NCBI RefSeq assembly: GCF_000497125.1
Contig: NC_090596.1
Coordinates: 682,001 to 746,000 of the forward strand
DNA length: 64,000 nt
DNA from: Spironucleus salmonicida
Lineage: Eukaryota
Direction: 5' to 3'
Notes under the pieces: model-generated
Told to the model about the DNA's origin: nothing
What the model saw: only the letters and a program-made list of their open reading frames with translations
Database searches by the model: none
In this document: piece after piece, positions 38,803 to 51,933 of the stretch
How the letters are laid out: every line of letters starts with the position of its first letter
Position numbering within the stretch: the first letter of the stretch is position 1
Translations under genes and position numbers: made by a program

Positions 38803-39650
38803 TCAGCTTATGTTGAACTGTTCATCGTCTATATCGCTGAACTTCTAACGTAGAAACAGCAAACACAGGCCGAAGCAAACGTCAGAAATGACTAAATTGA
38901 CTTACCACGTAATGATCTGCTAGTAAATCTGAATTGAGTAGAGAAACTGTATCTTGCCGGTGTTATGCTCGTTTTCCATAAACAAGAAGAAGTGTATGGT
39001 TTGATCGGTCAATTATTTGTAGTCATCGAAGTTCCAGCGGTAAACATACAGATTCGGCGTCTCTAGGAGGGCTTTCAGCATCTGGCGCCATGGAATATAA
39101 ATCTCGACCTCTATGTCCAGGCCAATGTTGACATTGAATACAAAGTAGAAAGAGCGTCCGTGGAAGTAATTCACCACAATGATTTTATTCTCAAATCTGT
39201 TAATCGTGTTGCTGTAGCTTACTTTTCAAAAAAATAATATAAGTCTCGTTGTTTCTTAGAAATAGGGTAATCAGAAACTCTCTCAGGATATTTTGCTGTA
39301 CGATTGCATTTGCTTTCATGATATTAAGGCTACACAGAGAGTAACTGGTGTATGTAGTCTCGGCTTCGTACGAGGTTCAGTATCCCATGGAAATTCCGTC
39401 GGCCTGCAATACGAAAAATACTCATCAATATGACTCTGCATTTCGACTGTGTTAATATAACTTGACAGAAAATCCTTATAAAATAGTGCCAATAAAACTG
39501 TTACATCGTTATAGTCCAGTATTATTTCGAACCTTACGTAGGCATGCTGCACCGAGTCCACGTAGATATTATAATATCGCTATCTGGTATCGGAGTTATT
39601 TATAGCAAAGTGCAGTTTTATGTTTACTGAGTTGTAATTTCTCTCGCAGA
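38803..39650 (-). pseudogene. Frame-disrupted hypothetical gene
   Basis: Protein-like frame ends DDEQFNIS-TGA at 38803. Frame breaks upstream, one at the T/A homopolymers near 39225-39235. Confidence 0.4.
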
Positions 39651-39651
39651 T

Positions 39652-39871
39652 CAATGATATTTAAAAAATATCATTTACTTCAAATACTTAAAGTTAAGGT
39701 ATTTCGCAAATCCCAAAATCATCCAATATAATTTGAGTTTAATTAAAAGAAATTTTATTCTCAAATGTATAATATAGGTGTTTTTAATAGCATTAAATAG
39801 CATGGCCACAAATTTTATTTGCTGGTGGACTTTCGTTGCGCGCGAAAATACTGCAAAATAGTTTTTATATT
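39652..39871 (+). repeat. Nested inverted repeat, left arm (220 bp)
   Basis: Reverse complement of 40291..40510 (sum 80162). Confidence 0.93.
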
Positions 39872-40290
39872 GTATATAATTGATAATAATGTATTTTAAA
39901 ATGTAATTTACGAACCAAAATGAATGGATCGTTCATATCTAGTAATGAATTTTTATCGTTTTAGGGTCAAGTAGTATAAATAAATAATTTTGATTAATTT
40001 AAGTAGTTTATAATATTCAATATTCCACTAACTGTTTAGATAGATAATGGAGTAATCTTTTCGATTAAACCACTTATTTAATAACCAGTTGATTAAACTA
40101 TTTTGGATGAAATTAAAAATTTTGTCAATGTATTTCCAATCTAAACTCGTGGATATGCGCTTTTAATTTTTCTTTAATTTTAACTATTAAAAACAGGTAC
40201 TGTTATAAATTTTTCATACCAATTTCCTAAAGCAATGCGTTAATATGCTAGAGACAATGCATAGCTTACAATTTAATAGTTATATTTACA

Positions 40291-40510
40291 AATATAAAAA
40301 CTATTTTGCAGTATTTTCGCGCGCAACGAAAGTCCACCAGCAAATAAAATTTGTGGCCATGCTATTTAATGCTATTAAAAACACCTATATTATACATTTG
40401 AGAATAAAATTTCTTTTAATTAAACTCAAATTATATTGGATGATTTTGGGATTTGCGAAATACCTTAACTTTAAGTATTTGAAGTAAATGATATTTTTTA
40501 AATATCATTG
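40291..40510 (-). repeat. Nested inverted repeat, right arm
   Basis: Separated from the IR3 right arm by only 2 bp. Confidence 0.93.
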
Positions 40511-40932
40511 GAGGCGTAGGAATACGGATTTTAATTCTTAAATGCTGCGCTTTCGTAGGACTCAAGTAGCTTTTTACTTTCTCTACTGTTTCCCTCGATT
40601 CAAGCGATGGGAGGGACTTTGGAGGCGTGCAAGTTTCTAATATCTGCTTTATTTAAAGAGTATGTAGAGCGGTGTCGGGGCGAGGTCACCACTGCCAAAA
40701 AGGTTACGCTGAAGGATTTCGCGCACGAGCTCTAAAACTACTAGTTCATAAAAACCTCAGAGCTCAATGAGCTGGCTGAGCGTATGTTCGGCATGGAACG
40801 GGGGCAGCGAGTTATTTTCCAGGCGAAGCATAGTGGAATGTTATTAAATAAAGGACGGGGGCTGTTTAAGGTGATGTGGAGGTGAGCGTAGTTACTATAT
40901 ATTCTGCAACCAGCATTTCCTCATTCCACTAA

Positions 40933-43260
40933 ATGAACTTTTCTCTCGGCGCGGACGGAATGATCCGGATTAGCTCAACCTCCCAGACGCTCTCGTTTTT
41001 CGAGAGAATTCAGGCTGCTGCGGCGCTGAGCCCAGATTCCGAAGCGCGCATTTCCCAAGCAATGGCCCAACTGATCCCAGACGCCCCGCAACGCTTCTAG
41101 GGAGCCTCCCCACAGCCCAATATGGGGCAAGCGCGACAAGATTTCACCGCTTTCCTGTTTTCTCGGCATGCTCCTGGCGCATTCGACGAGGCCCGGCTGC
41201 TAACGCTCAGACTAGAAAACTTGGATAATGCTCTTGCGTTTCTGCCGCATGCCGCGCTCTCTGAGTTCGTTGGCAGGTATATTTCCCTAGCATCGCTGAG
41301 AGACGAAACCATATCTGAGCTAGTCTATACGTACTTGGACCCGTCTTCCCCGACGGGCGTTGAAACACATGTATTCCGGCTGTTTGCGTACAGAAATCTT
41401 CAGATGGTTGAAAATCCTGTGCATAGATTCATGTACACCCTCATCTGGGGCCTTGTGGACATCCCACGCTTTGCCCTTTACCTCAAAACGCCCGAGCGCG
41501 ATTGCACTCTACGGCTTATTCAGTTGGAGCTCATTATCCGGCTGAAGGCCATGAAGCAGGAGGTTGACCCCAGCATTGAGATGGGCGCGTCGTAGGCCTT
41601 GGCACTTACCTATGCCTTGGGGCTAGTCTCCATCGGCGACCGGTGGTACTTTCCATCCTTTGACCAAATTTCCCGTTTCGCAGTGTAAGACTAGGCCTTC
41701 CACCCGCAGTATTTGCACAAGCTGTACTATCTCTCGAGTTCTATCGCGGTGAGTTTTAGCGAAATCGAAACACTGCTCTAATCAGAGGCAGGGCCAATCG
41801 CGCCCTTTAGCAGTAGAAAGTATGTGCCCCAGACTGGCTACCATTTTCCAGTTAAAAATGCGTAGTTGGGCCAATTCATGAACAAAGGAGCCACGTTAGA
41901 GGCCGGGGAATTTTTTAGCAAGGGGTCGTTACCATTCTTAGACGTGTTCAGCGTGATTACCTTGTACGGAGATACGACAGTTCAGATGGAGCTTCCTGGG
42001 TTGGACGTGGCCATGAAGCTGGAGAAGCAAATGGCAGACGGCGTAAGCGAGCGCATACCCCTTCCCAGCCAGCAGTTCTCAGAGACAGCGCTGGGGCACT
42101 ATTTATAGGTGCTGGCATTCCTAGATGTGCCCATCGGCTCAAAGTTGTCATTCCCGGTTCACATCTTTGACGAGATTGAGGTTTTCGAGGACGAGCGCCA
42201 GCAGAAGTTCATTCAGGACATTCAATAGCGACAGATTTAGATTAGCGACGACTCCTCTATTTTTGGGCTGCAATTTCTTCCAGCATTTTATCTCACGGGC
42301 TCTATTTTCTTCAACGCATCTCTCAAGCAAGCATTCTCCTTTTTGTTGTCGTTCTTGTTCTCGCCGACCCCCGATTCTCTTTTCGCACTAACGTACTAAT
42401 TTAAAGCATAATTTTATGTGTCGAACTTTAATTCACCGTTTCATAAAGAGATTTAGGGCTTCTCCAGAACGGTGTACTTCAATCTTCTCCAGTAGTTGTA
42501 TATGCATTGCGATGATTGGAACTCGTTGCTTAGTCTGTTTGGCCTCTATTACGACTTTGATCCCAACTCCTAGCACACTAAGACGACACTCAGCATGATC
42601 GGTACTAAAATACTGTCCCTAAAGAAGCCACATCTGCTGCCGCGCGATACGTACGATACCTCCGCCCTCCGCGAAGCGATACAGATTCTCTACAATAAAA
42701 TCGATATCCCTAAGATTCTAAGCTTGGAAGGAGATTGCAGGGGCTTTATCGCTCCTGTCGTGATAGAGAACATAACGCAGGCCGCATAGTACTATTAGTA
42801 AATCATGCTGCGGTACTTTGGCTCAGGGCCACGAATCGACTTTTTGCTTCCAAATCTAGTCTCCCCCCTAGCGCAGGAGTCTAAGAACCTAATCATCTAA
42901 GCACTTCTGGTATACTAAAAAACCACAATCCCCGCCATTAATGCAGCACGGCTATTTTTAGATTACTTCGAGTGTAACGTGCCCAACTATGTGCTGCTAC
43001 GTCTCTGTCTGGTACGATATTTTGATTAACGCCCATCCTTCTCGACATTTTTAGCTACCGCAGCAGACTCAAAAGCATATAGTGAGTTTGTATTTGAAAG
43101 CTATCTCCCGCCTTACAATTATCGCTGCAAAGCGAATATTGCCAAGAAGTGGGCACCAGCGTATCGCTTCAACCTTGAGCTCATCAAGGGGGCGGAGATA
43201 GAGCTGGTGCGCCTCGGATTTGTCGCTCCGTTAAACTAAAATTTCTGGGTGAGTGGTTGA
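40933..43260 (+). CDS. Second copy of the 775-aa hypothetical protein
   Basis: Mirror of 30608..32935. Confidence 0.75.
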
Positions 43261-43274
43261 ATGATCGGATTTGC

Positions 43275-44475
43275 TCACTCAAAGCTTTCGCTGGCCATCA
43301 GCGTCTGCAGGACTCCGTAACTGATGTCCTGGGGTCCAAGCTACCGCATCAGGCTGTATACAAGGCACTCTGCGTCATGCTTCCCAAGATACTGCAAGGC
43401 CTACGCCACGATACGGCCCGCTTTACCGTTTATGAGGGCCCTAATTTCCGGGCCCATGAGCAGGCTGAGCAGTCTGGCGCTCATGACTGCGAGGCTCTGC
43501 GCGGTGGCCTCTAGAAACGCCTCGCACACAGTCTGGACAAAAAATCCGTCGAATCTATGCCTGTCAAGTGCACCGGTCTGGACAAGATACACTAGCACGC
43601 AGAAGAACGCGGCCTTCTGCTGCTCGCTCTCCGGGATCTGGCCGGTGCTATAGGTGATGGCCTGGGCGCAGCCGTCCATCCCGAGCGGGCTGAAGGCGGC
43701 CGCAATATGTCGGAAGGCCTTCTCGGCAACGAGGGGCGTTACCTGCTGGACCGCCGGGACGCCCTGCTCAAAGGCCTTCTGCACGCCTGCCTTCCCGCTG
43801 ACCTTCGAGCCAGACTTGAACAGTTGGGCGCAGTCCGGCAGGATGAAGTCGCAAATTGAGGTTTTGGGGGCGTTGCGGTCGATGAACTCGCGGATCTGCT
43901 AGATTTGGTCCACCGCATCGCCGTCCACCCCATTCTCTGCCAGAAAGCGCGTCCCGGCGGTATATGAGTCCTCGTCCGCGTTCATGAACAGCTTGAGCAT
44001 GCGGCCGCCCTCGGTGCTGACCTCATAGCAGAAGTCCCATTTCTGGTTCTTTGCGTCCAGCACGCCCTCGGTCTTGACCGGGACCGTGCCGATCTGGACG
44101 TACTTGCCGCCGAACTTGAGCACTAGCGCGATCTGGCCCCCGAGGCTGCACAGGAACATCGGGTTGGGCGGGGAGATCTCCTGGATCGAGGCCAGATCGG
44201 CAAACTCGTAGCTGTCGTGCAGTACCCGCGCGTTGAGCCGGTTCTTGCTGTCCCCGGCGAACTTGCCCTCGTCCACGGTTCTGGAGCTGAGCCTATCCAG
44301 CAGCTCGTCCTGTACACTGTCTATGCCTTAGCCGCCCAACGCCAGCAGCGACAGCGTTCCGTCCTCCTGGCCTACCGCAAGGAGCTCCCCGCAGAAGCGC
44401 ACGCTCCACACATCGCTCTCCACCGGGGCAAGGTGGAGCAGACACGGCGCAGCATCCACCAGGTGCTTTGCGTGG
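43275..44475 (-). pseudogene. 5'-truncated copy of the DOA1-like gene
   Basis: Mirror of 29393..30593. Lacks the first 797 nt of the CDS. Confidence 0.8.
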
Positions 44476-44558
44476 GTCAGACTTTTATCAATCTGTGCAC
44501 AGTAAGTAAAAGTAAAATTTAATCCATCTTCTCACTCAACCAATGATATTAAAGCCTT

Positions 44559-45881
44559 TCACTAAACAGACTCACTATATACCATTTCACCAAATTTATC
44601 AACTTTCTTAACACTAATTCCCAGCTCCTGTACAAATTATTCCATCCCCATATCCCCGTTTTCAATAATAAGGTTACTAACACACTTTTTGATGCATTTT
44701 GCACACTTCAAATTGTCAACTTTTCTGAGCTATTTCACGCTAACCATTCCCTCATTTTGTAGTTGCGAAAAGATCGTAGTCAACTTTTTATCTAGCTTTT
44801 ACTACGCAATCACCTCAGATTCGCTAGAAATAAATTTAGAACTAGAGAGCTGCATTTCCCGACTGATCTTCAGGTTTATTTTTCGCTGCTTTTCGCCCAC
44901 AAAATCCATGTTTTTCTCGTAAAAATTGGTCATAAACTAGTCATAATGCACGTCTTTCTACTGCTTTTTCAACTTAGCCTAGAATTTTTACTCCCCCACG
45001 TCATAACCATCTTCCTCACCCCCATTTTCATGGAATTTCTCGTTGAACATCCTGTAGGCCTTCTAGCTGCTGAGCTACCGTGCATTTTCGTTGATTTATG
45101 GCTCAAAGCTCGGAATCACGATGCTCTGCTCCTACATAGCCATATTTTCGTCGTAGAGGCGCTAAATCCGCCCCAGGCGCTCCATCCCCGCCACGTACAG
45201 CTTCTGAAAAACGAGTGGATCGCCCCCAGCACAGCTTTGCACCTCAGCTTCCCCCTCTACCAGCGCTTCCAGCGCCCGATTCCGCGCACCTCGGAAGCGC
45301 TCCACGCTGCTTTCGTAGCGCTCGTCGAAATTCGTCCGGACAAGCTTTTGGGAGTTTTCGTCGATTTTGGGATGGAAATCTGGAACGTCCAGAAAATCGG
45401 CCTCGCGCTGCCGCAGTGCACTCTACCGCGCGAGAGCGAGCTGGTATTGCCGCTGGCAGGCGCTCTGCACGACCACCTCATCTGGAACGGGGCGCGGGGG
45501 TGCGCTGATGACCGTGGGCCGCTCCTGAAGGTACCGGGATGCCGCAGCGGTCTGGTTGGTCTGCGGTCTGAATGTCGGCGTCTGGGGCGCCTGACGCCGA
45601 CGCGCGTAGACCTCCTGGAACGCGAAGAGTCGCTGTGCCGTACGCTGCAGCTGCGCTGAACCAGTCTTTTTATGCTCGAATTCGGGGCTCAGCGGGCGGT
45701 TCAAGCGCGCGATTTTGCGCCGGTTGGACGTCGCGCGCAGCGCGTCGGCTTTGGTAGGTTTCGGTGGTGCTGGACGACGCTGGATGATACTGGTTGATGT
45801 TAAGGTATGCTGTGTTATGTGGGCATCTCTGGACTTCATGAGCGTCTGCGCTTTGGTTTTAAAATAGATTGAGGGCTGCAT
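44559..45881 (-). CDS. Hypothetical protein, 440 aa, with three FxPx(I/T)(N/D) motifs
   Basis: Track ORF 45423..45881 extended to TAG TGA. Motifs PTFRPQTN, PDFHPKIDEN, PSFEPQINEN. Confidence 0.7.
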
Positions 45882-46993
45882 TTTGACTTTTTTATAAATA
45901 GAATAATACTATATAATAATACGGTAAATTAGTAGCCGTAGAAAAATTAGGGAAAATGAAAATTTGGTGTAATTTTGATAGATATGAGGTAGATTATGGA
46001 GAGAAATTTAAATTGTAGCGTTTTCACTTTGATTTTTTGAGATTTTTGTATTTTTCAAGCACCTACTGTTGGTCCGTTGTTAAAAACACTTCATTGTACT
46101 AAATTTTCGGTTAGTAGGCCATGAACACTTCATATTTCTTCTAGATTGTTAGCGCAAGATAATTGATATTAATAACATACTATTTGGTGCAAAATTTCTT
46201 TGTTTGAAGTTAGCATTTAATTGAATAATAAGTTGATAGTATATAATAAATGGTAAATTAATAATTCGCTGAGCAACTTATTTAATTTTGGTTTCAAGAG
46301 TTAGTGTATAAGATCATGTTTATCTGTATAAGTAATGATATTTTAGATGATGACATTAAGATAAAAGAAACTTTCTAATGAGTAATAGGAAGAATTGTAT
46401 ATTTTGTGTTATACATAAAACTTATCGTATAACGTGATGAAATATTATTTAAATTATTTTTATTGAATCTCAATCATAACAATATGAAATTTAGAATGAA
46501 TTACTAATTTAAATTAAATTCGTTGAATAACTATGATATATAATTTTGTACTGGAATATATCAAATTAAAATATTCCCGATCCATCCCCGGTTTAAAGCA
46601 AAAAAGTATATCCAGGATAACAAAATAATACTTACTATCAATTTAGTATTCTTTGTTTAATAAATAAAATATTATTTAAAAACAGTAGTATAAACCTATC
46701 TAATTATAATGTTAGATTACTTTTTACAAATTTTTAAATATCGTAATCTTTCTAATTGAAAATAAATATGATTAATTGGTAAACAATATATGTATTTATG
46801 AAATTACTTAATTTGTAAAAACAAAATGGATGATAAAATCCCCATAATATATTACAAATTAAATTCACGAAATTACATTATTAATATTTACCCCATTAAT
46901 ATAATATGAGTTTTTAAATTTAAGATTTAATTTTCTATAAATTAGGACCTTGAAAATTATTACCTATATTGCATGAGTAACGAACTGCATTTT

Positions 46994-47853
46994 TTAGAAA
47001 ATGTTCGTTACGCTACTCGCGCAGTACCCAATCGTGCTCATCCACGGCTTCGACTCGTCGGCTCACTACCTGGAGTACATGAAGGAGGTCATCTAGGAGC
47101 AGATCCCGGACGCCACCGTGATCAACTGCGAGATCGGCAACGGCCGCTGGGACTCGATCTTCATGGAGATCTCGCAGCAGATCAAGCTCCTAGCCGAGTG
47201 CATCAGCGAGAACTCGGCCACGCAGGGCGGCTACATCGGCGTGGGCCACAGCCAGGGGGGATACCTCATGCGGGCCCTGCTCGAAGAGTACAACCACAAG
47301 ATGGCGCCGATGGTGCGCTTCATCTCCCTCAGCAGCCCCCAGAGCGGCTTCTTCTGCGGCGTGAAATCTTTGTGCAAGGGCAACTATCTACCGACCTTCG
47401 TCCAGAAGCTGCTGTTCTACCTGCAGTACAAGGACTTCGCACAGTCCAGGCTCTCTCCCGCCCAGTACTGGAGGAACCCGTACAAGCTGAAGGCCTACGC
47501 GAAGAAGGCCAGGTCGCTGCCCGTGATGGACAACATCCGCGACTACAACATCCAGCGCAAGATCAACTTCATGTCCGTGGACAGGGTCATCCTCTTCGGC
47601 GGCCCGCTCGACGAGGTCATCTCGCCGTGGCAGAGCGCCTTCTTCGGAGTCTGGAAGGACGGCACCGACGGTTCGGTGTCCCTCTACCACGACCGTGAGG
47701 AGTACAAGCAGGACACATTTGGCCTGGGGTCCATGGTAGAGCAGGGGAAAGTAGAATTCAAGGTGGAGAAGATGTTCCATGGTGACTATACAACGAACTA
47801 CAAATTCATCGCCGAGAGGCTCACTCCTTACTTAAGGATGAACTGATTAGATT
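46994..47853 (+). repeat. Inverted repeat 4, left arm (860 bp; the PPT CDS plus 7 bp on each side)
   Basis: Reverse complement of 56603..57462 (sum 104456). Mismatches at 47343/57113 and 47727/56729. Confidence 0.95.
47001..47846 (+). CDS. Palmitoyl-protein thioesterase (PPT1/PPT2 family)
   Basis: PIVLIHG, nucleophile GHSQGG, ISLSSPQ, AQYWRNP, DEVISPWQSAFFG, DTFGL. 281 aa. Confidence 0.93.
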
Positions 47854-48074
47854 TTCATTGTGCTTGTTATCTTATAATTTTATTTGTACAAAAATTGCTT
47901 ATAGATATATCATATCTAATTATATACGCAGTATCTTATCTTTCCAATTTCAAATACTTTACAACAACCTTAAAATCTAGCATGCCCTACTTGTTTAGTA
48001 TTAACTCATTATTATTTACTGTAAACTATCAAATTTTATATTTAATATATGATATATAACACCTCCTCCCCAAA

Positions 48075-48851
48075 ATGCTCATGTCCAACATCCACTACTA
48101 GTTAGAAAACTCGATTCTGACCATAACATACCCCCAGTCCTCCCCGCTTCCAGCTTCCTATGCCCCCAAATCGATCACCCATCCACAGCTCCTATCTCCT
48201 GCGTTCCAGCCCCCCTCAGCCAACGCGATTCGTGCACAGTTCAACGTCCAAAATATGAAGTCTTTACGCCAAAAAATGGATCACTTCCAGGCCCAAAACG
48301 TGCAATTCGGCACCAACCAAATCCTGCACATTCTGGTCCAAATCTACGCTGTAGCGCACTTCCTGCACCGCAATAACACCTGCCTGGGCCCGTTAACCGC
48401 GAACCAAATTTTTTACTAGAACGACAAAATTTTTATCGCCGCGATAACGGATTTGGAGCTCCAGAAACGCTCAAAACTCATCTTTGCGGGAAACTCTTAA
48501 ATTTCGACCAAAAACGACTTCTTATCGCTAAAATACGTGACCTACCAGCTCCTGACGCTGCGAACGCCCCCAATTCCCTTCCTGTGCGATTTTAGCGTCC
48601 CCAGAGCGCGTTTCAGCGCCAGCGGAATCTACAATTTTTTCCGCAAAATCCTCACCTCCGACGGCGATTTCTGCGCATTCGCGGACTGCAACGTCCGAAA
48701 AATCTCCAGGGAGCTCCAAATCGACTGCGAATGGGAGCATTACGACGACTTCGAAATCGGTGATTTTGGAGTGGAAAATCAAATTTACAGCGAATTCTCA
48801 AAAACGCTAAAAACGAATCCTGAGGCCCTGGCGGCGATTCTGCTGCTCTGA
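48075..48851 (+). CDS. Probable pseudokinase, 258 aa
   Basis: ILHILVQIYAVAHFLHRNNTCLGPLTANQIF resembles kinase subdomain VIa/VIb but lacks HRD and DFG. Confidence 0.5.
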
Positions 48852-48854
48852 CGC

Positions 48855-50195
48855 TCAGCCGCTGCCGAATTCGCTGGAGAACTTCACGTGCAGTTTCTGG
48901 TCCGCGAGGGTCACGCTGGAACGCGTTTTCGTGACGGATTCGAGCATGTCCGCAGGGGTCGATTTCGGGTCAGCGAACTGCTCCAAAGACGTCAAAATCG
49001 ACATTTTGACGCCCTCAGAACGCGCCGCAGGGGCCCATTTTCCGTCGATTTTGGCGAAAAATTCGCACGAAATGAGCCGCTGGAGCGGGAGGTTCTCGCA
49101 GTCTTTTACGACGTTTTTGAGGTCCGCCATCGAGTAATTCGGCGTCAGTTCGACGCACTGGTTCAGAATTTCAGAATTTTCGATTTTGAGCTTTTCCATT
49201 CCTTTCCTCAAGACGTCGCGCCGCGCCTCCGCGTCCGGCAGGTCGATGTAAATGCGCTTTTCGAAGCGCCTGCGGACTGCGGTATCCACTTAAAATGGCA
49301 GGTTCGTCGCGGCGATAACGATCACGTCAGAGGCCTCCAGCTGGTCTAGCTGCAGCAGCAGCTCGTTTTTGACCCTCCTGGAGCTCTCTGAGTCCTGCTC
49401 TGACCGCGTGGTGCAGAATGCGTCGATTTCGTCCAGAAACAGGATGCAGCGGCCCTGCTGCTTTGCGAGCTGGAAAACCGCGCTGATCATCTTCTCGCTA
49501 GCGCCCTGCCACTTGCTGAAAATCATCGAACTGGTGACCGAAATGAGCGGGATTTTGGCCTCGCCGGCGATGCATTTCGTGATGAAGGACTTGCCGCAGC
49601 CCGGCAACGAGTGCATAAAGATCTTCTTGTAGGGGTTTTTGTTGAGAAATAGGGACGGGCGGAGCAGCGGGAGCAAAATCGACGTTTGGAGCAGTAGTTT
49701 CGTCGATTGCATACCGGAAATAGAGTTTAGAGTGAAATTTGAAGTGTCTTGGATGATGTTGTCGGCGAGCAATTGGGCAATGTACTTGTTAGATTGCGGG
49801 GGATCTTGCGACTGCGGGGGCTGCAATTTTGGTTACTGTAATTTTTGGTTCTCTAGATCAGTTGCAGCGTCGGTTAGCTAGTTTTTAAGCGATTTTTAGG
49901 ACGGTTCGTTATTGTCGAGGTCGAATGCGGATGAAAATGTGGGTTATTTTTGCTTATTGTCAGGGGCTTGCTTATCTTTAATTTGAAATATCGGTTTTTA
50001 AGGCTTTGGTGCTTTCGGTGTGAGATCAAAAAACTTCTAGAGGTACTTCTTGTCAGGTTCAGAAATTTTTCGAGCATCTTTCACTAATAACGACTAAGCA
50101 ATAATATAATTTGCATAAGATATGTCCATATCTTTAGCTAAGTTAATCTGCTCCTTGATAAAGGAATGTAGACGACTCATAAACTCTTCGTTCAT
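48855..50195 (-). CDS. VPS4/katanin-clade AAA ATPase, VPS4-like
   Basis: LPGCGKS, ILFLDEID, SRRVKNELL, AATNLP, AVRRRFEKRIYIDLPD, C-terminal FSSEFGSG. 446 aa. Confidence 0.85.
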
Positions 50196-50252
50196 TTAGT
50201 CTTACTTTTATTACTATATTATAATTTTATTACTATTCCAAATTTATAAAAA

Positions 50253-51428
50253 ATGAAATGCATTCTTTGTAACCATCAGAACACTACCATTTGCTAACGT
50301 TGCTATTAATATTACTGCTAGCATCATTTAAATCATTAGAGATTCTGTGATGATGTTCTGGTAAAAATTTATTGTCTAAAAAATGTTAGTCCCTATGACA
50401 TAATTATATAAAAATAAAAACTTTACACTACTGAGTATGAAAAACTATATAATCTCTTACTTGAAAAATTAGATTTCATAAAAGCTAACTTCTAGAACAG
50501 CTAGTAATTATCTGATCTGCTATTAGAAGAGTCTTCGTGCTGCGGTGCTGTGTATTAAAAAAAGATTTAATATAAAACATAAACATAAAAGATAACGTAT
50601 TATTAACACATGTAAGCACTACTTTTTCATAATATAAAAGTAGGGGCCGGAAATTCTTTTTATGGTTAAATTGCTGCAATCAATAACGCGAATTTAGACA
50701 TGATAAACGGAAATATGAGCGCAACAAGAAGAACCGTTTAGGTCATTTAGAAACACGAAAACCATCGTGTAAACGACCTGATTTCCTTCACGAAAATATA
50801 ACTAAAGATAGAGATTTAACTCAAAGTATCAACCGATGACCTTCAGAAAATTGTAAAATATAGATCTACCAGACAGAATAACAGCGTGATATTTGTTGTA
50901 TGTTACTTAATTTTCGCCAAATGTAAAGGGTTTAAAAGTGTTATTTTTAACAAAGAAATAATTATTTTATACGAAATTCTAAGAGAGATAATGCATAAAA
51001 TATCTAAAATGGGCGATGTTTAAAGTAGGTGTCTAGTATTGATTTACATTCAAATTTGGATCTACTTAGATGGGAAAGGTCGCAAAAGGGTAAAGCCAGA
51101 ATTTACAGAAATAAGGAGCTTGATTGACACATTTTCCTGTCATCAACAAGGTTATAAATCATTAGGGTTGATATATCATGAGTATCAAGATGAATATATA
51201 ATATTGAATAATTTATAAGATGTGGAAGCACATTTTTAAACTATGAAATTGCGGGCATATGTGTGCAAAGAAGAATTAGAAAAGAAACAGCTAATAGACA
51301 CAATTTTGATGATAAATGAAGAAAATAAGTTAGATCAATTATCTATAATCGAAATAAATGAATCTGACGCATTATTACAATAATGCTAGGAAATGGACAG
51401 TATTCTAAAAAGTGTACTTGGTATTTGA
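50253..51428 (+). CDS. Protein with N-terminal MYND-like zinc finger, 391 aa
   Basis: MKCILCNHQNTTICQRCYQYYCQHHLNHQRFC, continuous frame to TGA. Confidence 0.65.
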
Positions 51429-51732
51429 GTACTATCATTGTTATTTACATTATTTTAAGTTTAAAAACAAATTAAAGTATAGTGAAATTGATCACTAGGT
51501 AATAATATAGTGTTTAAACAAGTGAGCATTTGTAATCTTATTATATCTAATTAAGATTAAAGGGAACTTATTAATGTTTATATAATATTAATATAAAGCT
51601 AATGAAAACGTAATTAAAATATCTATGATCCTGGTTTAGTCTAATAAATAATAATTTATTTTTATTAAATTATTATATTTCGTCAGAATTAATATATTAT
51701 ATTATTCTTAATATAATATTTTAAGTTATTAA

Positions 51733-51927
51733 ATGGATGATGACGCGCTAATACAAATCTAATTCACAAATCAGCTTAAAGCAAAGAATAAATAATTATA
51801 TTCAATGAATAATAGAATTAAATATATAGAAACATTTATAGCAGTTAATATAGATGCATTTATGAACCGAATCCTAGCTGAGTAAGTGCGCCAAGTGGAT
51901 TTTTATAGAAAATATGGAGGCCAGTGA
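51733..51927 (+). CDS. Small hypothetical protein, 64 aa
   Basis: ATG to CAG TGA, convergent with the ARL gene. Confidence 0.45.
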
Positions 51928-51933
51928 GATCAT

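Larger units (their letters stand above)
40513..44475 (-). repeat. Inverted repeat 3, right arm
   Basis: Reverse complement of 29393..33355. Confidence 0.97.
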
